Below are positions 46,987-61,439 of a stretch of DNA of 64,000 nucleotides, one piece after another. The notes beneath the pieces are model-generated. The model was given only the letters and a program-made list of their open reading frames with translations, had not been told where the DNA came from and searched no databases. The stretch lies in assembly GCF_006345805.1 (NCBI RefSeq), contig NC_043020.1, positions 20,026,001-20,090,000 of the forward strand, read 5' to 3'. Position numbers and translations under genes: made by a program. Each line of letters begins with the position of its first letter. The first letter of the stretch is position 1. The stretch comes from Octopus sinensis. Lineage: Eukaryota.

Positions 46987-48499
46987 AATCAAAATGTTCC
47001 CAGACTAGTTCTGTAGTGCACCAACAGATGGCAGCACATGGCTGCAAGTAGAGTGAGAGCTAGCAGTGTCATTCATGAGGTAGAGTGCCAAGTGATATTA
47101 TTGTGTTCACTTTGCAAGTTGTGAAATTTGTGTTTGTGTGATCACATGTATGCAGTAGTCTGCAATTTTGTCATGGACAAGAAGTTGGAACAAAGAACCA
47201 ACATGAAATTTTGTGTTAAACTTGGGAAGTCTGCTACAGAGACATTGAACTTACAAGGGCGAGGCAATAGGTCGTACACAATGTTTCAAGTGACACAAGT
47301 GCTTCAAAGACAGAAGTACGTCCCTGAAAGACGATGAGCAATCTGGAAGATCTGCTACAAGCGTCACTCCCAGAAATACGGAGAAAATTCACCAGCTTGT
47401 GCATGAGGGTTGTCAGAGGACAATCAATGTCATTGCTGATGTTGTTTATTTCTTTATTGCCCACAAGGGGCTAAACATAGAGGGGACAAACAAGGACAGA
47501 CAAAGGGATGAAGTCAATTACATCAACCCTAGTGTGTAACTGGTACTTTATATATCGACCCCGAAAGGATGAAAGGCAAAGTCGACCTTGGCAGAATTTG
47601 AACTCAGAACATAATGGCAGATGAAATACAGCTAAGCATTTCACCCAGCATGCTAACATTTCTGTTGGTCCGTCATATGGCTCTATGCAGGCAATCCTTA
47701 CGTTTGAATTGAATATGTGGTGTATCTCTGCCAAGTTTGTCCCCCACCTGCTGACCACTGAGCAGAAAGACCATCGCATCAAAGTCTGTCAAGATCTCCA
47801 TCCGCGTGCCACTGATGAGCCATCCATCATGTTGAGGATCATCACCAGTGATGAGAGTTGGGTTTATAGGTACAACCCTGAGATAAAGCAGCAGTTATCC
47901 CAGTGGAAGAGCCCTTCATCTCCATCACCGAAGGAGGCATGACAGAGCTGCAGCTCAATCAAGAGAATGCTCATCATTTATTATGACATTTGAAGTATTG
48001 TGCATCGAGAATTCATCCCCCAGGGCCTGACCATCAATCAAGAGTTCTACTGCGACATTTTGAAGCATTCAAGGTAGGACGTTCAGCAAAAACGATCGGA
48101 TCTGTGGAGCGCAAAAAATTGAATTCTTCATGTCAGCAATGCACCCAGTCACTGAGCTCACTTGTGAGTTTCTTTCCAAAAACATGGCATCACTTCCATA
48201 CCTGCCCTATTCACCAAATTTAAGACCTGCAGACTTCCATCTTTTCCCCAAGATAAAAATGCAGCCCAAAGATCACCGTTTTAACACCATTGTCAAGATC
48301 CAGAGTGAATCACAGAAGGTCCTCGACTCGCTTTCGTAAAACAACTTCTGGTTCAGATTCCAAAAGTGGCAGGAACACTGGGACCAGTGTATTGATGAGC
48401 AAGGTGAATATTTCAAAGGAGATGTTGTTAAATCTTGAGTAAATAAGTTATTTTTTTTATTAAACATAACTAGTTTGGGGACTTCTTGATACCACTTTG
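46987..48499 (+). mobile_element. Decayed mariner interrupted by a SINE (~47440-47660, - strand)
   Basis: EQRTNMKFCVKLGKSATET, AKFVPHLL, ITSDESW and PYSPNLRPADFHLF. Right TIR followed by TA at 48500. Confidence 0.88.
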
Positions 48500-51400
48500 T
48501 ACAATCTGAATGATCTGATGCACACATTTGCATTAATCTGGTCACGCTCTCAGTGTTATACACAAATTTGATAAATAAAACAGTAAATAATATATTTTCT
48601 TCAATTTATAACTTTAAAGCAGTTTTTTTTTTAAATTTTCCATGTGAAGAGTATCAGTAAGTTTTTATTTAATCTTCAGTGTGTCATGGAGTTAAAAGAT
48701 GTGACAACCAGTGACAGGATGCAAATTGAGGAAATTTAGCTACAATTTTAAGACTGTTTAAACATTCCCAGACATAGAGTTGTAATCATTTGTATGTCAG
48801 TATACAGTCTTAATCAACTGATTATGCACCAAAGGCTTAGAGTTCAATCCTTGTTCAAGGATAATTCATCCCCCTCATCCTTATCATCACCACCATCACC
48901 ACACCACTAACAGCATCACTACCATCATCATCATCATCATTTTATGTTCACTTTCTATTGTATCAAGGTCTGATTAGGTCATCACAGTCTGAGTTAATTC
49001 TTATTTAGATTTGCTGCCCACTTAGATGAAGCATAGGATGATATCTTGCTTCTATATTTTGATTTGGGTGTGGTTTCTATAGCTGGATATTCTTCTTATC
49101 ACAACTGCTTTACAAAATGTACTGTATTTTATCATGGCATCAACACTCAAAAGTCCTTGACTAGACTTGATGTCACATTGTCTCTTCTCATTCACCAATC
49201 ACATTATACAGTGTGCTAATTATATTTTGTCACAGATCTGACTGGCATCCGTGTTGGTGACACGTAAAAGCAGCGACCGATTGTGGCCGTTTGCCAGCCT
49301 CCTCTGGCACCTATGCCGGTGGCACATAAAAAGCACCCACTACACTCACGGAGTGGTTGGCATTAGGAAGGGCATCCAGCTGTAGAAACACTGCCAGATC
49401 AGACTGGGCCTGGTGCAGCCTTCTGGCTTTCCAGACCCCAGTTGAACCGTCCAACCCATGCTAGCATGGAAAACAGACGTTAAATGATGATGATGATTCA
49501 GTATTAGCAAGATTGTCTTCTACTCCATAAGACTAAACAGTTCTCATTTCTTTGTGGCCGGTCCATTCATTCAAGGCAAAACAGTCTGGGATTTAGAAAC
49601 ATACACAATAAAAAAATAATAATATACATAAGGAAAACAGTTCTATGCATCTTATTTCTTTAGAATCATAGTGGTAAAGCACTGTTTGCCTAAGGCTACT
49701 TGATTGAAATTAGCTGCTTTGGCATTTTAAAACCAAAAAGGGGGCCTGTACATTAATGGTGAGAATACCCCTTATCTGGAGCCGAAATTTTAACCACATT
49801 TGTATTTGAATCCCACCCCTACAGATGATGTCTATAAAACTCATATGAAGAAAAACAGGTTTTAACCTTAAGGACAAAATATTCATTTGATATACCATAT
49901 TTGCCAATGCACAACACACTTTTTCCCTTAAAAAAATACCTTTTTTTGTTAAAGAAAATTATCTAAAAAATGGTTAATTTGTTAGGAGAGTATTTTTCCA
50001 TGTTATGCGCATAGAATATTTTTTAAAGGTTTTTTTCCCCTAATGAAAAACGTATGTTATACAGCAAATACAGTAAGTTGTATATCTCTGAATTATAAAA
50101 TTTAGGAGTTATTTTTCTCAAGAAAAGAGCTCCCTAACAGGTTCTTTTATAATTTCTCCCATATACTAACAAGGTTCTCCACCTTTCTTCTACATTATCC
50201 TTCAACCAATTAAAAATATCAATTAAATCTTCCCTGATATCATTACACTGTACCATCTTTAAAATACATTATGTCTGAATAAACGATGGAGTTATCTAGG
50301 CTGGATAAAGGATGACCAGGGACTAAACAATATCCTACTTGAAATAACAGTAATATTTTTCCTTAGCCCATATCTGGCCCAAATATTCTACCTGTTTTAT
50401 GTTCAAACCATCCAGATTTATACTCTCACACCTACCTTACAATGTCATCTTAAAAATAAGCAATCACATCGTTGAAATCTTAAGTTACAGAGACAATGCA
50501 TGATTAATTCATTTGACAGAATAATCTGAATGCTAAAGGGTCAAATTACCACATACCATATGAAAACAGGAAGAGGACATGAGAAAATGCAGCCCTCGTT
50601 AAATTATGTCTGGGTAAAAGATGAAATGGTTGTGGCTGGAATATTGCTGATTGTATATCAATTGGATCAGGAGTGACCTGAGACTAAATAATAACAGCCT
50701 TACAGTTTAGTGGTTATTGGTGGAAAGAACAATCAGTTGTAAAATCAATTGCTTCAGTTCCAATTGTGTATATTCCACTTTGTCTATCATTTAAAAAATG
50801 ACTGTAAAACAATAAGAAATTTTTTTTTTATAAATGGCAAACGAAACAAATAGATATATGAAATTAAGTACTAACTTTTTCATCAAGAATTATATTGCAT
50901 GCTTCCATTGTAAAAGTTTCTGTATCTGTTAATATCCATTGTAATTCCATTCTACTTTACAAAGAATATAAGCTGTGTGTAACTAACTTGCAACTTTTCA
51001 CACAATTTCCTAACACTAGAAAATTGTTTATTTAACACTGGTTATTTATGTTTGAATTTTTTTTTATGTATTTGTTGTTAGTCATAAGAAGTTTATGGTT
51101 CATGACATTGGTTTTTGTCATTATTGTATCACTTGCTTATTGTGTTCATACTTGTGAAGAATTCCAATTGTTCTGAAAAATAGATCATCTTCAGTCATTG
51201 AATAAATAGTTTACTTTGGTAAACCTTTTGCCACTGATGCAATAGTCAGGTCAAGTCACATATGTTGGCCTCTGTTGTTGACTATTGGCAAAATATATTG
51301 ACAAAACTAGTTTCAATCAAAGATGATTTGATAGCACGTACCATGTTTTTTACTAATTGTTTTAGGTGGCCATCTGGTCCCAAGCAGGCACATACATCCT

Positions 51401-53533
51401 CTAGGTCCTCCAATCATTAACCCAGGGGAACATTGAAGATGTGGCAGATGGAGGAAGAGAGGGCTGCATTAGCTCTGGACTGGTTCTTTATTTATCAACT
51501 CTCCAACAGGACAGAAGGCAAAGTAGACCTCGACAGGATTTGAATGCAATCTATGCAACATTGGCAATTAATTGTCCATAATAATTAGACCACACATTTC
51601 TACAAGATACAAATATTTAATGTGTCTATGTCCAATAAGACAGAAACAGTATTATGATTATTTTAATAGCTAAGTGAGATGAAGCAAGGTGGCACATGAT
51701 CTCTTCAGAGTCTCTGAGACTAGCAGGAGGAAGTTATCCTCAAACCAGAGAACTATCCTCAATGCATGCAGTATAGTCAGGCCAGTTGGCAGGATCATTA
51801 GAACACAGAACACAACATTTTGTTGTATTTGTTCTGGCTCTCTACACTTTACACTCTGAGTGCAAGTCCCACTGGGACTAAATTTGCCTTTCATTCTTCC
51901 AGGATAGGCAGTGGGTTGGCAGAATTGTCAGAACATCAGATGAAGTGCCTTGAGGTATTTACTTCAGCTCTTTGTATTCTGTGTTTTTGGTTGGTGACTT
52001 CATCCACCCCTCTCGGTATTACACCACCATATGGTTGTTTGGTGCTTTAGTAGAGTTCAATGTAATCAACTGTTACAAGCATTCAGACCATCTCTCAAGT
52101 TTGCTACCAACTTCCTCTTTTCATCATACCAATCTTGAAGCCCCTGAGCACTACCTTTCTATATCTGACTAAACAGTAAAAAGAACAAAACACCTTTGCA
52201 CTAAAAGCACACATTCTGAGTTCAAATTTCACCAAGGTCGATTTTGCCTTTCACCCTTTCGAGGTTGATAAGGTAAGAATCAGTTGAGTACAGGGGTCAA
52301 TGTAATCGATTGGCTTCCTTCCAAAATTGCTGACCTTGTACCAAAACTTGAAACCAATATTAATCTCCTAATGTATTTGTTTATTCCTTTACCTCCTCTG
52401 GGTTATCAAGAGATGGTCATTGGATCCATAATGAGGGATGACAGCAGTCATTTGTCGAAGAATTTTAGTTTAGAAAAAATTATCAAAAGAGAAGTATACT
52501 TTGGTGGAATGGGAGCTTTAAGGTCTTAAAATGCCAGATTCAGGAGTTTCTGCATATCTTAGGACTAAATCATGATTCTGTGCTTAATGTCATAAGAATG
52601 AATGTGTGATTGAGGGGTTTGCTTCATATAGGCACAAGGATGAGAGTGTGGTAAAAAGCTTGCTTCCCAGTGACATGGTTCCAGGTTCAGTCCCACTGCA
52701 TGGTACCTTGAGCAAAAGTCTTCTACTACAACCCCAAACCAACCAACCAACCAACCAAAAACTTGTGAATGGATTTGATAGATGGAAACTGAAAGAAGCC
52801 CATCATGTGTGTGTGTGTGCGCGCACGTGCACGTGTGTGTTTGTAAATGTGTTTGTCCCATCACCACTTGACAACTGGTGTTGGTTTGTTTACATCCCCA
52901 TACCTTAGAAGTTTGGCAAAAGTGACCAATAGAAGTACTAGGGTCAATTTGCTTGGCTAAACCTTTCAAGGTGATGCCCCAGCATGACCACAGTTCAATG
53001 ACTAAAACTAGGGATAATAGATAAATAGTTGTGCAGTTTCAGGTTTGATCCCACTGTGAGACTCCTTGGACAAAAGATTTTTGTTGTAATCCCAAGTCAA
53101 AGAATACTTTGTGGATGAGATCAGTTTGACAGAAAATGTAGTAATGTCTGTCATGTACCTGTGTGTCAGTGTGAGTGTGTGCATGTGTGTGAGTAAGTGT
53201 GTGCATATATGTGTGTGTATGTGCGTGTGTGTATGTGCGTGTGTGTATGTGCATGTGTGTCTGTGTGCATGTGTGTGTCTGTGTGCATGTGTGTGCATGT
53301 GTGTGTGTGTGTGTGCGTGCATGTGTGTGTGTGTGTGTGTGTGTGTTTTACTAATGTACCTTGGCAAAAATTCTAAGAAATCATCAAGAAAATCTAAAGA
53401 CTGGCACTTTCAAATAAAAATACCCAATGAAGTATTTGTTCCACCCAAGTTGTTGAGACAATTCCTTGTTTCTGTTGGTATCAGAAGGGCATTGAACCCA
53501 CCAGAAACCCATAACCAATGACACTATCCTTTG

Positions 53534-53920
53534 CAGTGGTAAGTAGCTTGTTTACCAACCACATGGTTCCGGGTTCAGTCCCACTGCGTGGCACCTTGGG
53601 CAAGTGTCTTCTACTATAGCCTCGGGCCGACCAAAGCCTTGTGAGTGGATTTGGTAGACGGAAACTGAAAGAAGCCCATCGTATATATGTATATATATAT
53701 ATGTGTGTGTGTTTGTGTGTCTGTGTTTGTCCCCCTAGCATTGTTTGACAACCAATGCTGGTGTGTTTACGTCCCCGTCACTTAGCGGTTCAGCAAAAGA
53801 GACCGATAGAATAAGTACTGGGCTTACAAAGAATAAGTCCCAGGATCGATTTGCTTGACTAAAGGTGATGCTCCAGCATGGCCACAGTCAAATGACTGAA
53901 ACAAGTAAAAGAATAAAAGA
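53534..53920 (+). mobile_element. Abundant tRNA/CORE-like SINE (representative copy; others at ~1230, 1675, 5940, 10835, 33610, 52630, 54530 and 63350)
   Basis: GGTTCAGTCCCACTGCGTGGCACCTTGGGCAAGTGTCTTCTACTATAGCC...GGAAACTGAAAGAAGCC recurs throughout the window. Confidence 0.85.
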
Positions 53921-56384
53921 GAAAAAAGAGTGAGAGTAATAGTAGGCATAAAGATGGTAGTAGATTGATGGTTGTGATGGTAATGTGTTGATAGTAATCT
54001 GTAGTTGTAATAGAGTCAGAGGCAACAGTGATGGTGGTGGTGATGGTGGCTGAAGCAGTCGGGGGGGGGGTAGTGGAGATAGTAAGCGATGTGAAAGACA
54101 GTGGTGATGGTAGTGGAGGGAAAGGTGGTAACATCAAAGGTATAGATGGAGGTAGTGTCAAGTGTCTGAATGGTGTGTATATGGCAGTTGTGGTGGCAAT
54201 GGTAGTGTTACTGGTGATGGTGATGGTTGAAAACAATCAACAGAAAGAGAGAGAGAGAAAGAAAGAGGTCAGACAGAAAAAAAAATTGTTCTGAGCCCTG
54301 AATGGGAAGACTAAAAAACATTGTTTATTTTGCAGCTTTGCAATAAGTTCCAAGTCGACAAATCATTGTTTTGATGAAAATTGTTCATTGCTTGAAAAAT
54401 ATTGGTCAGATCTAATAAAATTTAATATATACTCAATGCATGAAGTGTCGTTGTTGAGCCCAAGGCCCAATGAAGAGTCCTCCACAGGAGCTAGCTTAAA
54501 AGCTACCTTATTGGGTGGCTTTTCAGCTAGTATATATGTGTGTGTGTGGGGGGGACTTCTTCCAGTTTCCATCTACCAAATCCAACAAATCTTTAATTGG
54601 TTCAAGGCTATAGTAGAAGATAACTAATCCAAGTTGCCACACAGTGGGACTGAACCCAGACCCATGTGGCTGGGAGGCAAACTCCTTACTTCACAACCAC
54701 ACCTGTAACTGGCAAGGTTCTAATAATTTTGCCAAAGCACCAGCTGGGGCTAGGTCTTTACTTATCAATATTGAAAAGATGAAAGGCACAGTTGGCTTTG
54801 GCGGGATTTGAACTCAAAGTACAAAGAGCCAGAACTAAAATATCCTGTCAATTTATCAACTTATTAAAGATATACTAATGACGATTGCATTTCATGACAT
54901 TGTATGGTTGCATAGAGATGTTTTGCCCAATGAAAGAATTAAAACCAATCCTGCTGCTAACATAACATTTTATCAGTTATACAGCAGTGAGTTGTGCCTC
55001 TCCACAATTATTATTTTTACATTGAAATAGACTAAACCACTGGGAGACAACATTATAACACAATGCTTGTGGCTGGGTGATAGGCTATAAATTATTTACA
55101 CTTTCATCAGTAGACTGATATTTTGACCACCAGTCACTTACTACTGCTGCTGTGACTGGTGGTGGTGGTGGTGGTGGTGACGATGATAATGATGATCTCC
55201 AATTTAAAAACAAAATAAAATAAATATGAGTTAACACAGATTTTACTTTTTTAAATTGTTTTTATTTATTCATTAATTTTCTTACAATTTTGACCTTTCT
55301 AACATCAACTAGTTGCCATAAGCAACAAGTAGGCCTATATATGATTGGTAGTGTTGAAAGGACTATGTTATTTGATGTGGATATGGGCATAGCAGAATGG
55401 TTTAAGAAGTTTGCTTTGCAATCATGAGGTCCCAGGTTCAATCTCATTGCATGGCATCCAAGATTTGTGACTGAGATTGGGAAGGCAGCAAGTGTTTGGA
55501 AGCTCATTAGATGGCATGTACCTGGAATTAAAAGTCTAGCCTTGTCACATTCATGTCACACATCTTCCTTGAGAATTTAGTTTGAGGCATATGTGCCCAT
55601 GGAATACTTGGACACTTATATATTGGACATTCAGTTTATCAAAAAATTGCATGTGCATTAAAACTAGTGGTAGATCCATCACATTTCTTTGAAAGATATT
55701 CATGTTGTTGAAATTTTTTCTTATTATGTTATCCATACAAAAGGCAAGTGACCTAAGTATAATTGTCATTGTCATTTACCTTCAGGTCATCCCTGATTGA
55801 GCAGACAAATGATTAAATGCATTCGAGTCAATAAGTCAGAGATGATATCCTTTTAGTGGATAGGACACACAAACATAGATTAGAATAAACTTCTACAGAA
55901 AGAGAAAATGCATACTTACACACATGCATATGTACATACATTGCAATAGCATACATGCATATCATTCACACACACACACACGTTTACGCACATATATACA
56001 TACATGGTTGAAGTCAACTCATGACTGAATAAAACCACTTTCTAATGGTTGTGCAAATGTTCCTAGAGTCCAAGAAGTTCCTGTTGTGAAGTAAATTGTT
56101 GCATAACACTAAACCCACTTTTCTGTGCAATGAACTATAAATATAAAATCAGTGGTACAATGAGAAACCAACTGCACATCAGGCACTTACATACAAGTTT
56201 GCCTTCTTCTAGAAAGACATTCTAAGAAGGACTAAGGGTCCTTCACTCCCAGTGGTTCACATGCTAATTCACCATAGGTCAGGCTCTAATAGGTGCTACT
56301 ACTCTAGGTCAGAGTAGACCTGGGAACAATAGCAGCTAAAAGGTAGTTCCACACTCCTCAAAATCCTTGAACTTCCTCACCAGG

Positions 56385-56930
56385 ATCCCACTTCTTTGCT
56401 CCAGTCAATGGAACAAAGTGTGATAGCTAACTTCAAGACATATCTTCTGAGGACTTTCAAATAACATGAATGCAATTGGCAAAGAAGAGAAACATACAGT
56501 TAGAGACTTGTGGAAGAAACCCAACATAATGGGTTTTGTATATAACATAGCTGAGTCATGCAATGAAATAAAACCCTCTACTTTGAATGGTGCATAGAAA
56601 AATATATACAGCTAGACTGTGACTTTACAAATTTTCCTCAAGCAGAAAGTCAACACTAAATTTGGAAATGATGTAAGGTTTAAAGAAGCCATAAAGAACA
56701 ATGTGGTTGAGTTGCTAATATCCAATAGAAAAAAATTATCTAATGAGGAGCCAATACTGTTAGAACAAGAACAAGTGGAAAATTCAGATGAGAATATGGT
56801 AATTCCAACTACTCTGCTTAAGTTGACAACAAGGAATACTGCTATGGTGTTGGCACTTATTGGGGAAAGTTTGCAAAATGTTTGTTAATAACAAACCAAA
56901 TTATGAATGTATAATGGGACTAGAAATTTC
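56385..56930 (+). mobile_element. pogo/Tigger transposase remnant (tail probably resumes at ~57380-57480)
   Basis: TSLLQSMEQSVIANFK..L.RTF, DLWKK.NI and EIKPSTLNGA*KNI resemble Tigger DDE_1. Confidence 0.7.
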
Positions 56931-57844
56931 CTGATCCCTGTGGAGTATCTCCTTCTCCCATTACAATTATTTTTTGTAGTCTTAGGATTCTGGAACTCGA
57001 AGAAGAAGAGGCTTACTAGTGAATGTAATTCAATGGTTGTTTAGTTGGTTCTCATTTCATGGGGTTTCCTCCTGGCGACCATCTGTATGTCAGTGTGTAG
57101 TTCGTTAGCTCCATTCGCAAGAGGTACATTACCTCTGGAGATAACAGGTAAAGTTAGAGCAGGTTAAGAATCCGCTGTGAGCTGCTAGGTTACAGTGTTG
57201 TTCAACATGAACGCCAATGTGAGAGAAGAGAATGGATTGCTCAATACACCTCCTTAAATAGATGTTGCCCCTGAGATCCTCGCTGTGGTCTTGAGCATGG
57301 CAAACATGGTTGTCGGCAAGATCTTGCTCTTGTCTTGGACAGTAATGGCTGCTGGCGATATCTCACACAAAATGGCACTACAAATGTAACATAAAAATTA
57401 TAAGAGTAGTTTACAATGACAAGGGATGTTGTAGCATAAATGTCAAACTATTTTGGATGAGTTCTTCATCATTCAAAATGTTGATGAAAACAGAAGATAG
57501 CAACTTATTCCACCACTACCACCACCACCACCACAACCATCACCACCACCATTCACACAGGAGTCATCATCTGTAATGCTAAGAATGTACTATACTATGA
57601 TATTATAATTCTATATTCCTGTTGTAATCCTTAATGCCAGATTGTTATAACACCCACTCTGGTATAGCGGTATAGTTAGTAAGACAAGTAAAGACATAAC
57701 TATCTTATGACCATCTACTTTGTACTCTCTCTTTATACTGACCGATGTCACCTTACTTATAGCACATACCACTCATCACATGGGAGGGGTATACCATTAT
57801 TACTATTATCCTCGCAACATCTCTGCCATTAGATAGTATGAACC

Positions 57845-58327
57845 TGTAGCGTAGCTTGGTGATATCCTCACTGTTTGAGAGAGATCTTAGAAATGATCTC
57901 GTGTTAGATAGCAATCATCTTTCAGCTGCTTAGGCTCAGTTGTGTCCGCTACTCAGATTGGTTGGTTTTTGTGCAGTCCTATTTTGCACCAGTGTGTAAG
58001 CCAACCAATCACGGTCTTCAGATAAGGTCCCGTGACACAGTCTTTTGGGGTTTTCACTGGAGCCCACCTTCTGTTATAAAAAGCCCCAGCATTCACAATA
58101 TCTTGGTCTTTGGTTCTAGTCCTTCTCAGGACTAACCTCTGACCACAGAGCGACTCAGCCATGTTCCAGCGACTCAGCCAGTTCCAGTTCCAGCGACAGG
58201 CAACATGCAGCAACTCAGGACCATTCTCCACCGTCACCATCATCTCAACCATTGCCATCACCACCGTTGGCATTTAAAAGGAGACATTTCTGTCACCAAC
58301 TCCTTTACGTGTGGTCGATTCTCTGCA
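57845..58327 (+). repeat. Solo LTR, internally deleted, inserted in a Gypsy integrase
   Basis: TGTAG...CTGCA; homologous to both ends of 19349-20400. TSD AACC/AACT. It splits HIDFAGSLN|GSYYL on the - strand. Confidence 0.88.
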
Positions 58328-59402
58328 AACTGTTTAAAGAACCAGCAAAATCAATGTGTAGCCTCAACCATGGAACATCTACTTTTGGCCAAGGTTCACT
58401 TTTTATCATTGGTAATTTTGCTGCTAGAGCACATCCTCTACAGCCTTACACCAAATTTTCGATTTCTCAATCCACTTTTGGCCAGTACTCGAAGCCATCC
58501 TCAAAATACCAGGATGTCCAACATGAAATTCCCTCAACATTTTTTTTGTAGTTTTTCAGGTACCACTATTCTCTGTGTATACATAAGCACTCCATCACAA
58601 ATTGAATATAGGTTCACATCTTGGTTTCATTTCGCACCAATCCTGTCCCTATTTACTTTTCCTGGTCACAATATTCTTTACACTTCTGTTATTAATTTGT
58701 CCTTTACTGCATTTCACTTTATGTCTTCTAGGGTTATCAGTAATTCGTGTACCATGTTCCACATTACGTTTTTTATTTCTCCTTTTGCTCTTAAAGCTGT
58801 AATTACCATATCTTCAAATGGCTTGCAGTGTTTCAGTATCAGTCTGGACAAACCATCCACATGCCCTAGTTTTTTTGACAGTAAATATTCCATTTTGTAG
58901 TCATAATTCCTATTCGCTGTGTGTGTTGGTATTCCTATAGACAGTAGTTGGCAATGATCCATTTGTTGACAGAAACTTCTTCCATGAATAAATCTATGGA
59001 ATTTTTTCACATCGAATATGATTGCTAATGCTTCCTTTTCTACCTGACTATAGTTACTTTCAGCTGGTAATAATGATCATGATGCATGGGCTATAGCCTT
59101 TTTACTACCATCATCATATTTGTGCAGAAGCACAGCTCCTACACTATAATCACTCACATTTGTAGCTAATATGATATCCAACTGTTGATCAAAATGTGTT
59201 AACAATAAGTCCAATGTTAAAATGCTTTTTAACTCATCAAATGCCTTCTGGCACTTTTCAATCCAACACCATTTTGTATTTTTCTTTAACAAATCATTGA
59301 GCGGGGCCCTTACATTATGTATATTGGGAATGTAAATATGATAATAATTTACTAAACCCAAGAATGTTTGTAGCATAGTGATATATTATTTGGTGTGGGC
59401 AT
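58328..59402 (-). mobile_element. Gypsy pol remnant (RT connection, RNase H, integrase); continues at ~57790-57844
   Basis: LQTFLGLVNYY, VGAVLLH, NYSQVEKEALAIIF, HVDGLSRL and HIDFAG. Confidence 0.9.
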
Positions 59403-59866
59403 ATTGGGGCAAGCGAAATCAAAATAGCTGATATGGTTGATGACAGTGGAATGTTAAAAGCACCATCTGAGCATGATCATTACCAGGGCCACTAACTGGC
59501 TCCCATGCCAGTGGCACATAAAAAGCACCATTCGAGCATGATCAATGCCAGCATCGCCTTACTGGCACATGAAAAACAACATTCGAGCATGGTCATTGCC
59601 AGTGCTGCCGGAAGGGCTCCCATGCAGGTGGCACATAAAAAACACCTTTTGAGCATGGTCGTCATCAGTACCGCCAGACTGGCCCTCATGCTGGTAGCAC
59701 GTAAAAACACCCACTACACTCTTGGAGTGGTTAGCATCCAACTGTAGAAACTTTGCCAGATCAGATTGGAGCCTGGCGCAACCTCCTGGCTTGCCAGTCC
59801 TCAGTCAAACCATCAAACCCATGCCAGCATGGAAAACAGACATTAAACGATGATGATGATATTTAC

Positions 59867-59908
<42 letters not shown>

Positions 59909-60315
59909 TGTGTGTGTGTGTGTGTACACATATGTCTCTTACTAGTTGCAAAAATAAGAGGGTCAATGCACATTCCGTATCTTGAGGTTTTCTAAACCAA
60001 ATTTTTAATTTTAAGTTTTAATTCATCTGAAGAAAACAGATTTTTTCATGGTGTAATCTTTTTAATAAAAAAACATGTCTGAAACAGCTGTGGACGTCAA
60101 TCCATTTGTGTCCTTTCTTTATATACATACATACATGCATACATGCATGCATACATACATACATACATACATACATACATACATACATACATACATACAT
60201 ACATACATACACATACATACATACACAGGGGGAATGAAGAGAGATGTATATATAATATATATATATGTAAGTGTGTGTGTGTTTACTTATATTGCAATTC
60301 TGTTTAATTTGTCAG

Positions 60316-60453
60316 GTTGGGAGGACCAGATCCCCTGGATTATATCAGTATCTACAGTAACAATGGTAAACCTGAAGACAACAGCATACCAGCACACTGG
60401 CATTACGTAACCTATGGTTTCTCTGACCTTTATGGAGATAACAGAGTACATCA
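60316..60453 (+). CDS. SUFU: Suppressor of fused coding exon 2 (LGGPDPLDYISIYSNNGKPEDNSIPAHWHYVTYGFSDLYGDNRVH); gene continues right of the window
   Basis: Matches human LGGPDPLDYVSMYRN...IPEHWHYISFGLSDLYGDNRVH. TTTGTCAG acceptor, GTAAGA donor, phase 2/2. Completes the TG|G Trp codon from exon 1. Confidence 0.96.
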
Positions 60454-60511
60454 GTAAGATAACAACTTTTATCTTTCTTGTCTTAGATATTTATTGCTTA
60501 TATTTATTTAC

Positions 60512-60812
<301 letters not shown>

Positions 60813-61033
60813 ACACATTATCCAATATTGTGATGTTGTAGACTGAAGATATTGTGTCCACCGGGGGTTTGTAATGTCTGTCAAGTCACAACAAGGACCT
60901 CAGGCAGACGGTACTTTATGCAATATGTGTGCAGTCCCAGGTAAAGTCGGTTCTTGCAATACACCAAGATTGTAGGGTATTTCTAAAGATTCCAGATGTT
61001 TCTTCAGTTTGGGTGGTATTGAACTCAATGCTC
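60813..61033 (-). mobile_element. 3' end of an R4/Dong/NeSL-like (RLE) non-LTR element
   Basis: VPFVIGALSSIPPKLKKHLESLEIPYNLGVLQEPTLPGTAHILHKV*, flanked by simple repeats. Confidence 0.7.
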
Positions 61034-61104
61034 CAATGACAAAAGGGACGCCCTTTTATTATTATTATTATCAGTAGTAGTAGTAGTAGTAGTAGTAGTA
61101 GTTA

Positions 61105-61430
61105 AGGCCAGAATATAAAGGTGTCATCAACATATCACAGTTTTAGTGGTGTTGATCTTAAAGCCAAATTCTCAAAGTATTCCATGTATATATTTGCTAT
61201 TTTCAGTGATAATGGTGAACCCATAGCTAAACCCTCTTCCGGTCAATATATATCAGTGCCCATTCTGAAGTAGGTAGTTTCTATACAGAAGGTCAACATG
61301 TATACTAGTGCATTCTGTCACCAGTTTTTCTTGAATCACCGATAGTGCTTCATCAGTTGGGACTCTGGTGAACAGACTAGACTCACCATCTGGTTGGATT
61401 AAATGGGGGTATCCTTGATCAATTCTCTGA
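61105..61430 (-). mobile_element. Penelope-like reverse-transcriptase remnant
   Basis: SSLFTRVPTDEALSVIQEKL, then TYFRMGTDIY*PEEGLAMGSPLSLKIANIYMEYFE and YVDDTFIFW. Confidence 0.85.
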
Positions 61431-61439
61431 AGTGGATGG

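Noticed and set aside
59440-59720. CRISPR-like repeat-spacer array
   Set aside because: The intervening segments are homologous to each other and lie within an RTE 3' UTR.
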